The notes beneath the pieces were generated by a model. The model ran no database searches and was not told the origin of the DNA. It saw only the letters and a program-made list of their open reading frames with translations. Positions 27,276 through 35,784 of a stretch of DNA of 64,000 nt are shown piece by piece. Positions within the stretch are counted from its first letter, which is position 1. Each line of letters begins with the position of its first letter. Origin of the DNA: Bacillota bacterium (lineage in GTDB: Bacteria; Bacillota; Clostridia; Christensenellales; UBA1242); NCBI GenBank assembly GCA_009780065.1, contig WRAS01000002.1:73916-137915 (forward strand), read 5' to 3'. The position numbers were made by a program, and so were the translations under genes.

Positions 27276-27552
27276 TTTCGCTTCCTCCTTTTAAGCGTCC
27301 ACGAGTTAGGGCGTGTTTGAAAATAGTGTTCTTCACACGCCGTTTGCTCGCTTTCGCAATTTCTTGACAATATCAATCTGAGTGGGCTATAATAGTGGCA
27401 CGATCAGCCGTTTCAACTGTTCGTTGCACGCCCTGTCGCAAGCGGGGCGTTTCCATTCTTCAACCTAATCAAATTGATATCAGACTAAATTATAATCGCT
27501 TTATCTGATGTTGTCAAGCACTTTTTCACACTTTCGGTGTCCACAATATCAC

Positions 27553-27581
27553 TTGCAATTTTCTATCACTGGTGATAATAT
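27553..27581 (+). promoter_or_regulatory. promoter with an overlapping palindromic operator for the cI-like gene
   Basis: TTGCAA (27553-27558), 17 nt spacer, extended -10 TGaTAATAT (27573-27581). Palindrome TATCAC-TG-GTGATA at 27564-27577. The ATG at 27589 follows 7 nt after the -10. Confidence 0.5.
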
Positions 27582-27588
27582 ATGACAT

Positions 27589-28074
27589 ATGACCTTTGCG
27601 GATATCTTTAAGGAATTGCGGAAGAAAAATAACATGTCTCAACAACAAGTTGCGGACAAGTTAGGGATAAAGCAACCCACAGTTGCATCGTGGGAAAAAG
27701 ATGGGGAACGCTTGCCAGAAAATAAAACATTGTGCGAAATTGCCAATTTGTTTGATGTGTCTCTTGATTATCTATGCGGACGTACAGGCGATACTAAAAA
27801 AGTCAAGAGTCTACTTGATGCAGAAGGCATAGACCCCAATGAGTATAATGAATACCTACGCATTATCAGACATGCCAAGGAAGACAATGCCAAGAAAATG
27901 AAAGTCTGGCGCTTTGTGAAAGAAATTGCCTTAGATGGTGACAATGCTACTGCTTTGTTGTTTTTCAAGAAAGTATATTCAAGTCCAGATGCGTTGGAAG
28001 TAATTGCGTGCAACCGTGAACTTCTTAACATAGTTGTAAAGTGCGCCAATGAAAAAGGTATTGAGATTGATTAA
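27589..28074 (+). CDS. XRE-family repressor (cI-like)
   Basis: MSQQQVADKLGIKQPTVASWEKDGERLP and LFDVSLDYLCGRTGD are typical HTH_3 repressor features. Confidence 0.8.
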   Translation: MTFADIFKELRKKNNMSQQQVADKLGIKQPTVASWEKDGERLPENKTLCEIANLFDVSLDYLCGRTGDTKKVKSLLDAEGIDPNEYNEYLRIIRHAKEDNAKKMKVWRFVKEIALDGDNATALLFFKKVYSSPDALEVIACNRELLNIVVKCANEKGIEID

Positions 28075-29492
28075 ACCAACTCGTCTAAGTCGCCGTTTTC
28101 AAGAAAATTCTTCATGAGTTCAAAGCCTAAATCGTTCACTCTTTCGCTATCATGTTTATTGCTCTTGCCAGAATTACACCTATCGCAAAGAGTTTGTAAA
28201 TTGTCACAGTCTGATGTACCACCTTTGGATACTGGGACAATATGGTCAACATGCAACTTGACTCCGTCGCTTGCGGTAGAGCCACATATTTTGCACTCGT
28301 GTCCATCACGCTTCAAAATATCATAGCGGACGGAGTTAGTCACTCTTGACCTTTCACGGTTAATTCTGTCTTGACGTTCTGACCTTTCCCTTACTTTCCT
28401 AGTTACTATCTTGTACCATGTTTCCAAGTCATCTAGTTTATAAATGTATTCTTTCTTATAACTATTTCTACCCGCTGGGCTTATATAACTAACTTTGCAA
28501 GTAATGTCTAAGTCAACACTTGGTTGGAGTTTTTTGTCTCTGTAAAGCATGTTCTCAATCTCTAAAAATATCTTTGGTTTCATTGTCTTGGAAAAACTTT
28601 GATGTTTCTCGTCATATGTTATTTTGCCCTTATCGTCTTTGTTGGTAACATCAGAGTAAGTAAAGAGATTTTCATATTCTTCGATGTATTTAGTGTTTAG
28701 AATAATATTATTTTTCATTAATCGCACCATCCCGCCGATTTTGGCAATGTTCAATTCTATGAACTCTTGCAATAAATCTAGCGTTGACGTTCTGTTGTAT
28801 TGTACGTAGGTGTCACAGTGTTTTGTAAGCGGATATGTTATTAAGGCTTCCCAAGATATTTTGTGGAATTTCTGCCGACTGTTTAATTCAGATAATTTTT
28901 TGCATAGAGTGCTATTATCCTTTACAAAATCAATATGCACAGACGCATAGTGACGTTTTGCGCTACTTTCGCTTACAGCATGCCCAATCATAATCAGCAC
29001 AGGCAAAACGGCGACTGTCGATAGGGTAATGCCTTGCCATATTGAATTACTATCTGCGCCAATGATAATAAATGTGGCTATGGGTGAATATGCAAACAAA
29101 AACGGAACAAAACAAATACCTACCAATTCGCCAATATCCAACGTTCTCAATTTCTGGTATGAGAAAATTGCCACCGTCAGTGCAAATGATATTAACATAT
29201 GTATAATCAAAAAAACCATCATGTCAACTTCGTCATAGCGAAAAAATGCAAATGCGCCCGCCGTACCAAAAACGAGTGCGACATACATGCACCACACACA
29301 GAGCCACTTTATTGATTTCGCCACGCCACCCCTTAACTGAATGTTTATGTCTCTACACACATAACAAGACAAAATCAGCCATAAGATTTTAGTTTGAAAA
29401 CAAGCATAAGTCAAGACATTGTCGGGCAACGTGTTGCCGTAAATGAATTGCCCGAAACTGTGATACTCTAAGTGTGAAAGAAAATGACCCAA
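28071..29492 (-). CDS. multi-pass membrane protein with a C-terminal HNH endonuclease domain (start uncertain; alternative ATG at 29288)
   Basis: HNH motif RDGHECKICGSTASDGVKLHVDHIVPVSKGGTSDCDNLQTLCDRCNSGKSNKH. About 4-5 N-terminal hydrophobic helices. Confidence 0.75.
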   Translation of the reverse strand: MGHFLSHLEYHSFGQFIYGNTLPDNVLTYACFQTKILWLILSCYVCRDINIQLRGGVAKSIKWLCVWCMYVALVFGTAGAFAFFRYDEVDMMVFLIIHMLISFALTVAIFSYQKLRTLDIGELVGICFVPFLFAYSPIATFIIIGADSNSIWQGITLSTVAVLPVLIMIGHAVSESSAKRHYASVHIDFVKDNSTLCKKLSELNSRQKFHKISWEALITYPLTKHCDTYVQYNRTSTLDLLQEFIELNIAKIGGMVRLMKNNIILNTKYIEEYENLFTYSDVTNKDDKGKITYDEKHQSFSKTMKPKIFLEIENMLYRDKKLQPSVDLDITCKVSYISPAGRNSYKKEYIYKLDDLETWYKIVTRKVRERSERQDRINRERSRVTNSVRYDILKRDGHECKICGSTASDGVKLHVDHIVPVSKGGTSDCDNLQTLCDRCNSGKSNKHDSERVNDLGFELMKNFLENGDLDELV

Positions 29493-29722
29493 GAGTACAA
29501 ATCAGCATCGGCAAGGCGATAAGTTTGAGAGTCCACGAATTGCTCGCCAAACACAATATGACGGCTTACAGACTAGAAATTGAAAGCGGAATAAACCATA
29601 GCACAATGACATTTATCTTGAAGGGCAATAACAAGTCGGCTTCACTCAAAACGGCGATAATGCTTGCTAAGGGCTTCAAGATGTCGCTAGTGGAATTTCT
29701 TGACGCCGCATTTGTCGTTTGA
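29474..29722 (+). CDS. XRE-family HTH protein
   Basis: MTAYRLEIESGINHSTMTFILKGNNKS HTH pattern. Probable GTG start. Confidence 0.6.
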   Translation: MKENDPRVQISIGKAISLRVHELLAKHNMTAYRLEIESGINHSTMTFILKGNNKSASLKTAIMLAKGFKMSLVEFLDAAFVV

Positions 29723-29740
29723 TAGATTGCTTGATATTGA

Positions 29741-29989
29741 CTAGCGGGTGAGACGACTTTTTGTCTCTAATTTTGGCATGACTTTTCTGTTAAAGTCACA
29801 TGGATATGGCATACTCGCATAATACTTACGTTCTACCACTTTGCAATACTCTAACTCGTAGTTGCCAATCGGAACACAAACTGTGTCGCCTATCTGCACA
29901 GATTCGTCTTCGCAATAGTAGTTCAGTTTGCGCTTGCCATATTGCACTTTGACGAAAAGATGTTGTTTCTCCATGCCACAGTATAGCAC
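29741..29989 (-). CDS. hypothetical small protein
   Basis: 82-codon ORF with no motif. The start may be the ATG at 29974. Confidence 0.4.
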   Translation of the reverse strand: MLYCGMEKQHLFVKVQYGKRKLNYYCEDESVQIGDTVCVPIGNYELEYCKVVERKYYASMPYPCDFNRKVMPKLETKSRLTR

Positions 29990-30189
29990 TTGCTTTCACA
30001 CAAACGGCGTGTGAAAGAACATCACATGTCCAAATGTGTCGCATGATACTTTTATGAGCCGAAATAGTGTTGCTAAGTATCATTTTTTCTGTTCACACAA
30101 ATTTCACACATAGCAACTGGACAAGCGCAAAAAAGTGTCGTATACTATCACATGTGACTGTGGAATAGTGCTAAATCTGATTGTTCATT

Positions 30190-30245
30190 GCACTAAGGAT
30201 GCTATAGGTTATCCTGTGGAGGTTCAAGTCCTCTCGGTCACACCA
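30190..30245 (+). tRNA. attR core plus the 3' half of the disrupted tRNA-Leu(AAG)
   Basis: GCACTAAGGATG core, then CTA, variable arm TAGGTTATCCTGT, T arm GGAGG-TTCAAGT-CCTCT, acceptor CGGTCAC, A73, CCA. The acceptor is complementary to 24213-24219. Confidence 0.7.
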
Positions 30246-30260
30246 AGTTAAAACGGAAAA

Positions 30261-30288
30261 AGTCAGTTTAACCAAACTGGCTTTTTTC
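30261..30288. terminator. bidirectional intrinsic terminator after the tRNA 3' end
   Basis: AGTCAGTTT / AAACTGGCT stem with an AACC loop, preceded by an A-run and followed by a T-run. Confidence 0.6.
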
Positions 30289-30536
30289 ATGTCCAAAACC
30301 ACCATATACGAAGGTAGCGATTAACAAATTGAAACTGGCAGAGGCAAAGCGACTGTTGACCCAACCCCTCGCACATTTCAACGATGTCGTATTCCGCAGC
30401 CAAGTCCAGCGAGTTCTCATCATCACCGATGAACGAGGCAAGCCCGGCAAGCTGAAATTCATATGGCAACGGGTGTGGAAATTTCATACGACCTCGCCGC
30501 ATAACAAAATTGAAACTGCACACAATAACATTAGAG

Positions 30537-30570
30537 CCACCCGGGGATCGTTCCCTGGGTGGTTTTTTTG
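30537..30570 (+). terminator. orphan plus-strand intrinsic terminator
   Basis: CCACCCGGGGA / TCCCTGGGTGG stem followed by seven T residues. It lies upstream of the VOC gene promoter (TTGTAC, 17 nt spacer, TATAAT). Confidence 0.55.
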
Positions 30571-30623
30571 TTGTACTGATTTCAATGCGGGTGTTATAAT
30601 AGACCATCCAAAAAGGAGGAACC

Positions 30624-30971
30624 ATGAAAGTAAATCCATACTTACACTTTAAAGGAAACTGTGCCGAGGCCATCAAGTTTTATGAGGGTGCATTCGGGCT
30701 CAAAGCCACGGTCTACCCGTCAGAGGACGGCAAGTCAATATTACACGCCGACATCGGTGACATAATGTTCTGCGACTGGGAGGATGCACCGGCAACTGCC
30801 AATATATCCGTATCGGTTGCCTATGACACAACTAAAGAGGCAAAGGTCGTTTTTGACAAATTAGCAACCGGCGGCAAAATCGAACAAGCAATCGACAAAA
30901 CGGACTGGTCGGAATACTGGGGTTCATTGACCGATAAATTTGGGATCATGTGGCAAGTCACAGTCAAGTAA
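30624..30971 (+). CDS. VOC/PhnB-like (glyoxalase fold, 3-demethylubiquinone-9 3-methyltransferase-type) protein
   Basis: MKVNPYLHFKGNCAEAIKFYEGAFG...DKFGIMWQV is the typical PhnB-like pattern. AAAGGAGG RBS. Confidence 0.8.
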   Translation: MKVNPYLHFKGNCAEAIKFYEGAFGLKATVYPSEDGKSILHADIGDIMFCDWEDAPATANISVSVAYDTTKEAKVVFDKLATGGKIEQAIDKTDWSEYWGSLTDKFGIMWQVTVK

Positions 30972-30981
30972 ATATCCAAGC

Positions 30982-31007
30982 AACCCGGGCACAGTCCTGG
31001 GTTTTTT
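30982..31007 (+). terminator. intrinsic terminator after the VOC gene
   Basis: AACCCGGG / CCTGGGTT stem plus a T-run. Confidence 0.5.
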
Positions 31008-31023
31008 GTGATATAATGGTCGC

Positions 31024-31833
31024 ATGGAAAAGATAGGCGAAGGCATGGTTAGCGAAGCATTCCTTATAGACAGGCGTGTTATGCTTGTCGCAAAAAGAAA
31101 AGACTCGTTCAAGCGATACCAAGAACTGAAGGTGAACCTGGACCTTCTCGAAGGCAAAATCAAGAGTTTGATTATTCCAAGCGGTGCCCAACTTATAGAT
31201 CCATGCACCGAATATCCGCTGGGTGCTATGTCGTTTAACTATGTCCCGGGAACTGAACTGGCAAAGAAAATAGACACTTGCACCAACGAACAGAAGGTGG
31301 CAATTGGTGAAAAGTTGGCGGAGTTCATCGTGGAAATGCAAAACAGCGGCATCGTGATGGACAAGCAAAAAGAAGTGGATCTCAATAACGAAAAGCAACG
31401 GAAGGCATTGGAAATAATCCGGTCATACCTTAATGTTGATGAAAACAAAAAACTGGAACGGCTGGCGGTTAAATATAGCGAGTTCATGGCAAAAACAAAT
31501 TTCACCATGACACACGGCGACCTTCACGAATGGAATCTGCTGGTGGACGATGACAACAAACTCGTGGGCATAATCGACTTTGGCAATGTAGAATATTATG
31601 TCCCGGAAATCGAGTTCCATTTCATGCTCGACTTTGACCCGGTGATTTATAACGCAATGATGAAAAACTACAAAGGACAGGATATCGACATCCAACTCGT
31701 TCACCTGACTCACATCGTGCGGTTTGTTAGGTTCTTAAAAAATGTTATGGACTGGCCACCCGACAAGATCCAAGCACAGGTTGACAAGGTGCGTAGATTG
31801 TTGGCAAACTACAAACCAAAAGAGGCAAAATGA
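31024..31833 (+). CDS. aminoglycoside/antibiotic phosphotransferase (APH) family kinase
   Basis: Catalytic and Mg-binding motifs HGDLHEWNLLVDDDNKLVGIIDFGN. Extended -10 TGaTATAAT ends 7 nt before the ATG, with no SD. Confidence 0.8.
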   Translation: MEKIGEGMVSEAFLIDRRVMLVAKRKDSFKRYQELKVNLDLLEGKIKSLIIPSGAQLIDPCTEYPLGAMSFNYVPGTELAKKIDTCTNEQKVAIGEKLAEFIVEMQNSGIVMDKQKEVDLNNEKQRKALEIIRSYLNVDENKKLERLAVKYSEFMAKTNFTMTHGDLHEWNLLVDDDNKLVGIIDFGNVEYYVPEIEFHFMLDFDPVIYNAMMKNYKGQDIDIQLVHLTHIVRFVRFLKNVMDWPPDKIQAQVDKVRRLLANYKPKEAK

Positions 31834-31991
31834 AACTGATACCAAAACTCAAACCCGGCAAGTTTGAATTCATAACAACGCAGGTACCCACGATCCCACC
31901 CGAGGCCGTGGTAATAATCAAAGAGGACGAAGGCATCACTCTCGTCATGCCAACCGACAAAACATGCGGCGACATTTTCGCTATGATATAG
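31830..31991 (+). CDS. possible small CDS (53 aa, ACT-like N-terminal fragment?)
   Basis: ATGA overlap with the APH stop. Product MKLIPKLKPGKFEFITTQVPTIPPEAVVIIKEDEGITLVMPTDKTCGDIFAMI. Below the ORF-track size cut-off. Confidence 0.3.
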   Translation: MKLIPKLKPGKFEFITTQVPTIPPEAVVIIKEDEGITLVMPTDKTCGDIFAMI

Positions 31992-32011
31992 TATAACAGT
32001 AATGGGTTCTT

Positions 32012-32590
32012 TTAACTTTTTGGTTTTTTGGACGAAAATTTTCTTTTGCACCAATAATATACAACAGCATCTGTATTCTCGTTAATATTGTTTGTCATTG
32101 TACCAAAATCGGTCCGACAATATTTCATTCCCGCCTTTAACATTACTTTACCGCTGGCTGGGTTATCTGGGTCGTGTTTCGCCTCTACCCTTTTTATAAG
32201 TTTATTTTTACCAATGTATTCCAGCATACCCCGAACCATTTCTGACGCATACCCCTTGCCGCAATATTTTGGATTAATTATATATCCTAACTCTGCAATA
32301 CTGGTATCCTTTCCATATTTTTCCCATCGTGAAAAACCAATAGATCCAATTATCTTTTTGCTGTTTTTTTCGGCTACTGCGAAATCATGATCTTTTCCGA
32401 TTTCTTTTTTAGTATAAATTTTGTCATGCAAGAACTGGATCCTTTCGTGAGCCTGTTTAATGTTTTTATAAGTTGGAAAGGTCAAAAATTTCGTCACTTC
32501 CGCATCCGAAACATATTCAAACAGGTCTTTTGCATCCCCCGCCTCGAAATTTCTTACAATCAATCTATCCGTTTCAAAAAGTTTTACCAT
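32012..32590 (-). CDS. GNAT family N-acetyltransferase (RimJ/RimL-like)
   Basis: FETDRLIVRNFEAGDAKDLFEYVSDAEVTKFL and GYIINPKYCGKGYASE are typical of Acetyltransf_3. Confidence 0.8.
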   Translation of the reverse strand: MVKLFETDRLIVRNFEAGDAKDLFEYVSDAEVTKFLTFPTYKNIKQAHERIQFLHDKIYTKKEIGKDHDFAVAEKNSKKIIGSIGFSRWEKYGKDTSIAELGYIINPKYCGKGYASEMVRGMLEYIGKNKLIKRVEAKHDPDNPASGKVMLKAGMKYCRTDFGTMTNNINENTDAVVYYWCKRKFSSKKPKS

Positions 32591-32663
32591 ATCTATGTAT
32601 ACCATATTCCGCGCAAAAATGGAACAAAAAAGGACTCTCGAAAGAGTCCTTTCTGGAAATAGC

Positions 32664-33140
32664 CTATTCCTCTGTTCTTAATCCGGGTCTGCCGCCTGGA
32701 CCACCGCCAGGACCTCCTGGCCCTCCTTGACCTGGGCCACCTGGACCGCCGCCTGGGCGCTCATGTTCAAAATCTTCTTCACGAATCCTTACACAGAAAG
32801 TGATGTTTATTTCCTCGTGCTCGCGTAGATGCGGAATTCGGTAATGAATTTCACCATGACGGAAATGTGCCCTTTCATGCCTTCCGTTTACACGGAATGT
32901 GTTTTCCAAGAACTCTAGACCGCGGCTAATTGGGTCACGGAATTCTAGATTACGAAATTCTACATCACTCTTATTCTTTAACTTGATACGAAATTCAACC
33001 TCTTCACCCACTACTACGTGGCGACATTCTGGTCCGTGTTTTTCGAATTCTATTTCCACACGTTCCAGTTTTATTTCATTACTTTCAATTTCTCTGCGAC
33101 GATTACACAGATGAAAATTTAATATTGCTTGATTTTTCAT
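32664..33140 (-). CDS. hypothetical protein with a DUF11-like beta domain and a Gly/Pro-rich C-terminal tail
   Basis: AGGAGGG RBS before the ATG at 33140. Tail RPGGGPGGPGQGGPGGPGGGPGGRPG. Confidence 0.6.
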   Translation of the reverse strand: MKNQAILNFHLCNRRREIESNEIKLERVEIEFEKHGPECRHVVVGEEVEFRIKLKNKSDVEFRNLEFRDPISRGLEFLENTFRVNGRHERAHFRHGEIHYRIPHLREHEEINITFCVRIREEDFEHERPGGGPGGPGQGGPGGPGGGPGGRPGLRTEE

Positions 33141-33258
33141 TTTTTCCCTCCTAACATAGTGTTTGGCGTCGGATAACACTATGTATAGGGGAATCACATT
33201 CTCTTTCACGATATTCAAGCCACTGGTCTTTTGTTACACATCTGTCATTTTTGGATTA

Positions 33259-35715
33259 TTAAGCAGGTTTTCTCTTTCTCTGAACCAGAAATGATATTAC
33301 AGCAGCCAGTAAAATCAATACACCTATTCCACCTAAAATCCAAAATGTATTATTAAAGTCATCATCCGGTATAACTTCACTAACAAAGAATGATACCGCT
33401 GCACCCAGTTCGGACGTTATACCTACACCTATTGCACGAACCTGGATATTATGCTGCCCCACATCTAATCCCAATTGCCCCAAGTCAAACGTCGTACCCG
33501 TAACAGGGGTTGTTGTTACCCTTGCGCCCGCAACATAAATATGATAGCCCGTTGCACCCGCAACCATACCCCAGCGCAAGATTGTTGGCGTAGCGGTATA
33601 TATTCTTGTATCTGTTGGTGCAAATAAAACATCACTTATTGTCACAACTGCAATGTTACTTGTAACCTGGACTGTTTGAATCCCATTCACATTTGCATTC
33701 GTATTTGTCACCACAACACGATAGTAAAATGTCCCCACCAATGTTGCGTCAGGAGAAATATTTACGCCCACAATATTTGTGAAAACCCAAGTTGTCTGGT
33801 CTTCACTTCTATACCATCTATAACTTAAAATTCCGCCATCAGTGATAGTCGCAGCAATCGCTAGCATTATATTTTGCCCAACCACAATTGTTGTTGATAT
33901 AGGATGTGTGTTTATTATCGGTTGCTGTGCATCCGATATCAAGATAATATTTCGTATCACAGTCAAACTTGCAAAAGATGTCGCGGTTGCGCGTACCCGA
34001 ATTTCATACGTACCCACAGAAAGGTTTGGTACATTACTCCCCACAACATTTGCCCAAGTTCCCCCAAAAATACGCCATTCATGCACAGTCGTCACATTGC
34101 TCAACGAACCAGTTCCATCAACATTCAAAGCATTATTTGCAGTTGGATTTGGCACAGTCGGCCGCACGGGGAAATTAATTGTTTGCGGGGCACTGTCTAC
34201 CGTCGTAACACCATTACCCACACGTATCAACTGCCTATTGCCGCCTATCCAACTGTTTTCAATATTACGGGTTGTGTTCCCCATACCCTGTGTCCATGTC
34301 GCAAGTTCCACCACACCAATCATCAGGCGGTATGTCGCACCACCAACTAAACCTGTCAATGTTTCGTTCACAAAATTGATTGTTGCATCTGGTGTTTGTT
34401 CAGCACCAAGAAACAAAAGTTGAAAGATATTGATTGACGCGGAATATGTTCTGCGAACACGCTGGAATGCTTGAGGAGGTAGACCAAAGTTTGTCTGTCC
34501 AGGGTTGCCTCCCCAACTACCGTGCCAAGTGTTACGTATCGTCAATTGACGTCTCATAAATTGTTGGTAAAACAAGTTATATCCATTAGCAGATTGGTAA
34601 TGGTGCGGTGGGTGACGCCCATCGTTTAACTGGAAATCAAACGCATTATCCACGATGTTGCCTGTTCCGCCGTAATGCTCCAATACATGCATCATCTCGT
34701 GCATATATGCACCTGGATGACCAAATTGGTTCCACCATGTTGCACCACGGGTAGGATCCATCCAATCAAACCATTGCATGGTATACCCCAATGTAATTCC
34801 GCCCGCACCGTGCCTCCATGCCAAACCTCCTGCTGCTGCCGGAATATATTGTGTTGCGTTATGACGTTGTCTAAGGGTAATCATCACTTTGTCAAAATCT
34901 CGCAGATTGATACCTTGATTAATTATCAACGCAGGAATCTGGTTTCTTACCGGCCAAAAGCCCCAATGCATTGCCTCGAAGCGTGTAATAGTTCCCTCTA
35001 ATACCACCGTGGTAACTTCCGCTGTCATTTGATTATTGCTGTTTGTTGCCAAAGATTGTGCGAATCTGTTACCATGATTGGTTGCGTTCATAATATCGTT
35101 ATCATCAATGCTAACTTGGATTCTGTGTTGTCCCGGCAGATTAGTTTCATTTCGTGCGTCAATATGCCTCGGCACAACGTGCAAAATTCTCCAATGCGTA
35201 TCTATTGAAGTTGAAAAATTCAAACGCTCTAGTCGCAGATTTCTAAATTCAGTCAAACCAAAGGCATAGTTACTCCAATAAAAACCTTGCTGCAATCCTA
35301 TAACCACACTTGCCGAATTACCAGTATTAAAATCAAAACTTAACGTCTGCCAAGTATTTTGCTGACTATGATCAAAATCAGCACGTTCCCAATGACTCCC
35401 ATCCCCACGCATCATGTAAATATTTGCACCATAATTATGCGCCCGCGTGGCATTGGAACGCACTTCGGCCGTGAAACGATGATACGTATTTTGTTCCAAC
35501 ACAAATGTTCGTCTAAGTCTGGCAAAGTTAGATGCCCCCGCATTAATACTCAGCACATTTTGCGGCGATATTTGAAAACTCGCCGTTCCAACAGTGCTCC
35601 ATCCCGCAACACTTGCCTGCACAGACACTTGCGATGTTGAAGCAAACAATACCGGAACCGAAAGAGCCAGCATCAATATTGTAATACCACACACAATAAC
35701 AGCACGCTTTACCAT
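33259..35715 (-). CDS. secreted, C-terminally membrane-anchored putative zinc metalloprotease with Ig/FN3-like repeats
   Basis: Signal peptide MVKRAVIVCGITILMLALSVPVLFA. HExxH motif in GAYMHEMMHVLEH. C-terminal TM helix followed by QRKRKPA. Confidence 0.7.
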   Translation of the reverse strand: MVKRAVIVCGITILMLALSVPVLFASTSQVSVQASVAGWSTVGTASFQISPQNVLSINAGASNFARLRRTFVLEQNTYHRFTAEVRSNATRAHNYGANIYMMRGDGSHWERADFDHSQQNTWQTLSFDFNTGNSASVVIGLQQGFYWSNYAFGLTEFRNLRLERLNFSTSIDTHWRILHVVPRHIDARNETNLPGQHRIQVSIDDNDIMNATNHGNRFAQSLATNSNNQMTAEVTTVVLEGTITRFEAMHWGFWPVRNQIPALIINQGINLRDFDKVMITLRQRHNATQYIPAAAGGLAWRHGAGGITLGYTMQWFDWMDPTRGATWWNQFGHPGAYMHEMMHVLEHYGGTGNIVDNAFDFQLNDGRHPPHHYQSANGYNLFYQQFMRRQLTIRNTWHGSWGGNPGQTNFGLPPQAFQRVRRTYSASINIFQLLFLGAEQTPDATINFVNETLTGLVGGATYRLMIGVVELATWTQGMGNTTRNIENSWIGGNRQLIRVGNGVTTVDSAPQTINFPVRPTVPNPTANNALNVDGTGSLSNVTTVHEWRIFGGTWANVVGSNVPNLSVGTYEIRVRATATSFASLTVIRNIILISDAQQPIINTHPISTTIVVGQNIMLAIAATITDGGILSYRWYRSEDQTTWVFTNIVGVNISPDATLVGTFYYRVVVTNTNANVNGIQTVQVTSNIAVVTISDVLFAPTDTRIYTATPTILRWGMVAGATGYHIYVAGARVTTTPVTGTTFDLGQLGLDVGQHNIQVRAIGVGITSELGAAVSFFVSEVIPDDDFNNTFWILGGIGVLILLAAVISFLVQRKRKPA

Positions 35716-35784
35716 GAAACTCGCTTTCATATCTAATTTATAATTCATACAAAAGTATACCAAAAAAAATTACTAACTGCAAAC

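Larger units (their letters stand above)
24241..30201. mobile_element. ~6 kb integrative element (integrase, Xis-like protein, cI/Cro-like regulators, membrane HNH nuclease, own tRNA) inserted in the tRNA-Leu anticodon loop
   Basis: 12 bp direct repeats. The split tRNA halves reconstitute a perfect cloverleaf. A tyrosine integrase sits next to attL. TTTCACAC repeats occur near both ends. Confidence 0.7.

Noticed and set aside
30287-30676. 129 aa (-) and 107 aa (+) ORFs downstream of the tRNA 3' half
   Set aside because: Both run through an intrinsic terminator and the VOC gene promoter/RBS. Only a shorter 66 aa minus-strand version is conceivable, and it is mentioned in the findings at low weight.
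32690-32760. Short GC-rich tandem repeats that could be mistaken for a repeat array
   Set aside because: They encode the in-frame Gly/Pro tail of the CDS at 32664-33140.
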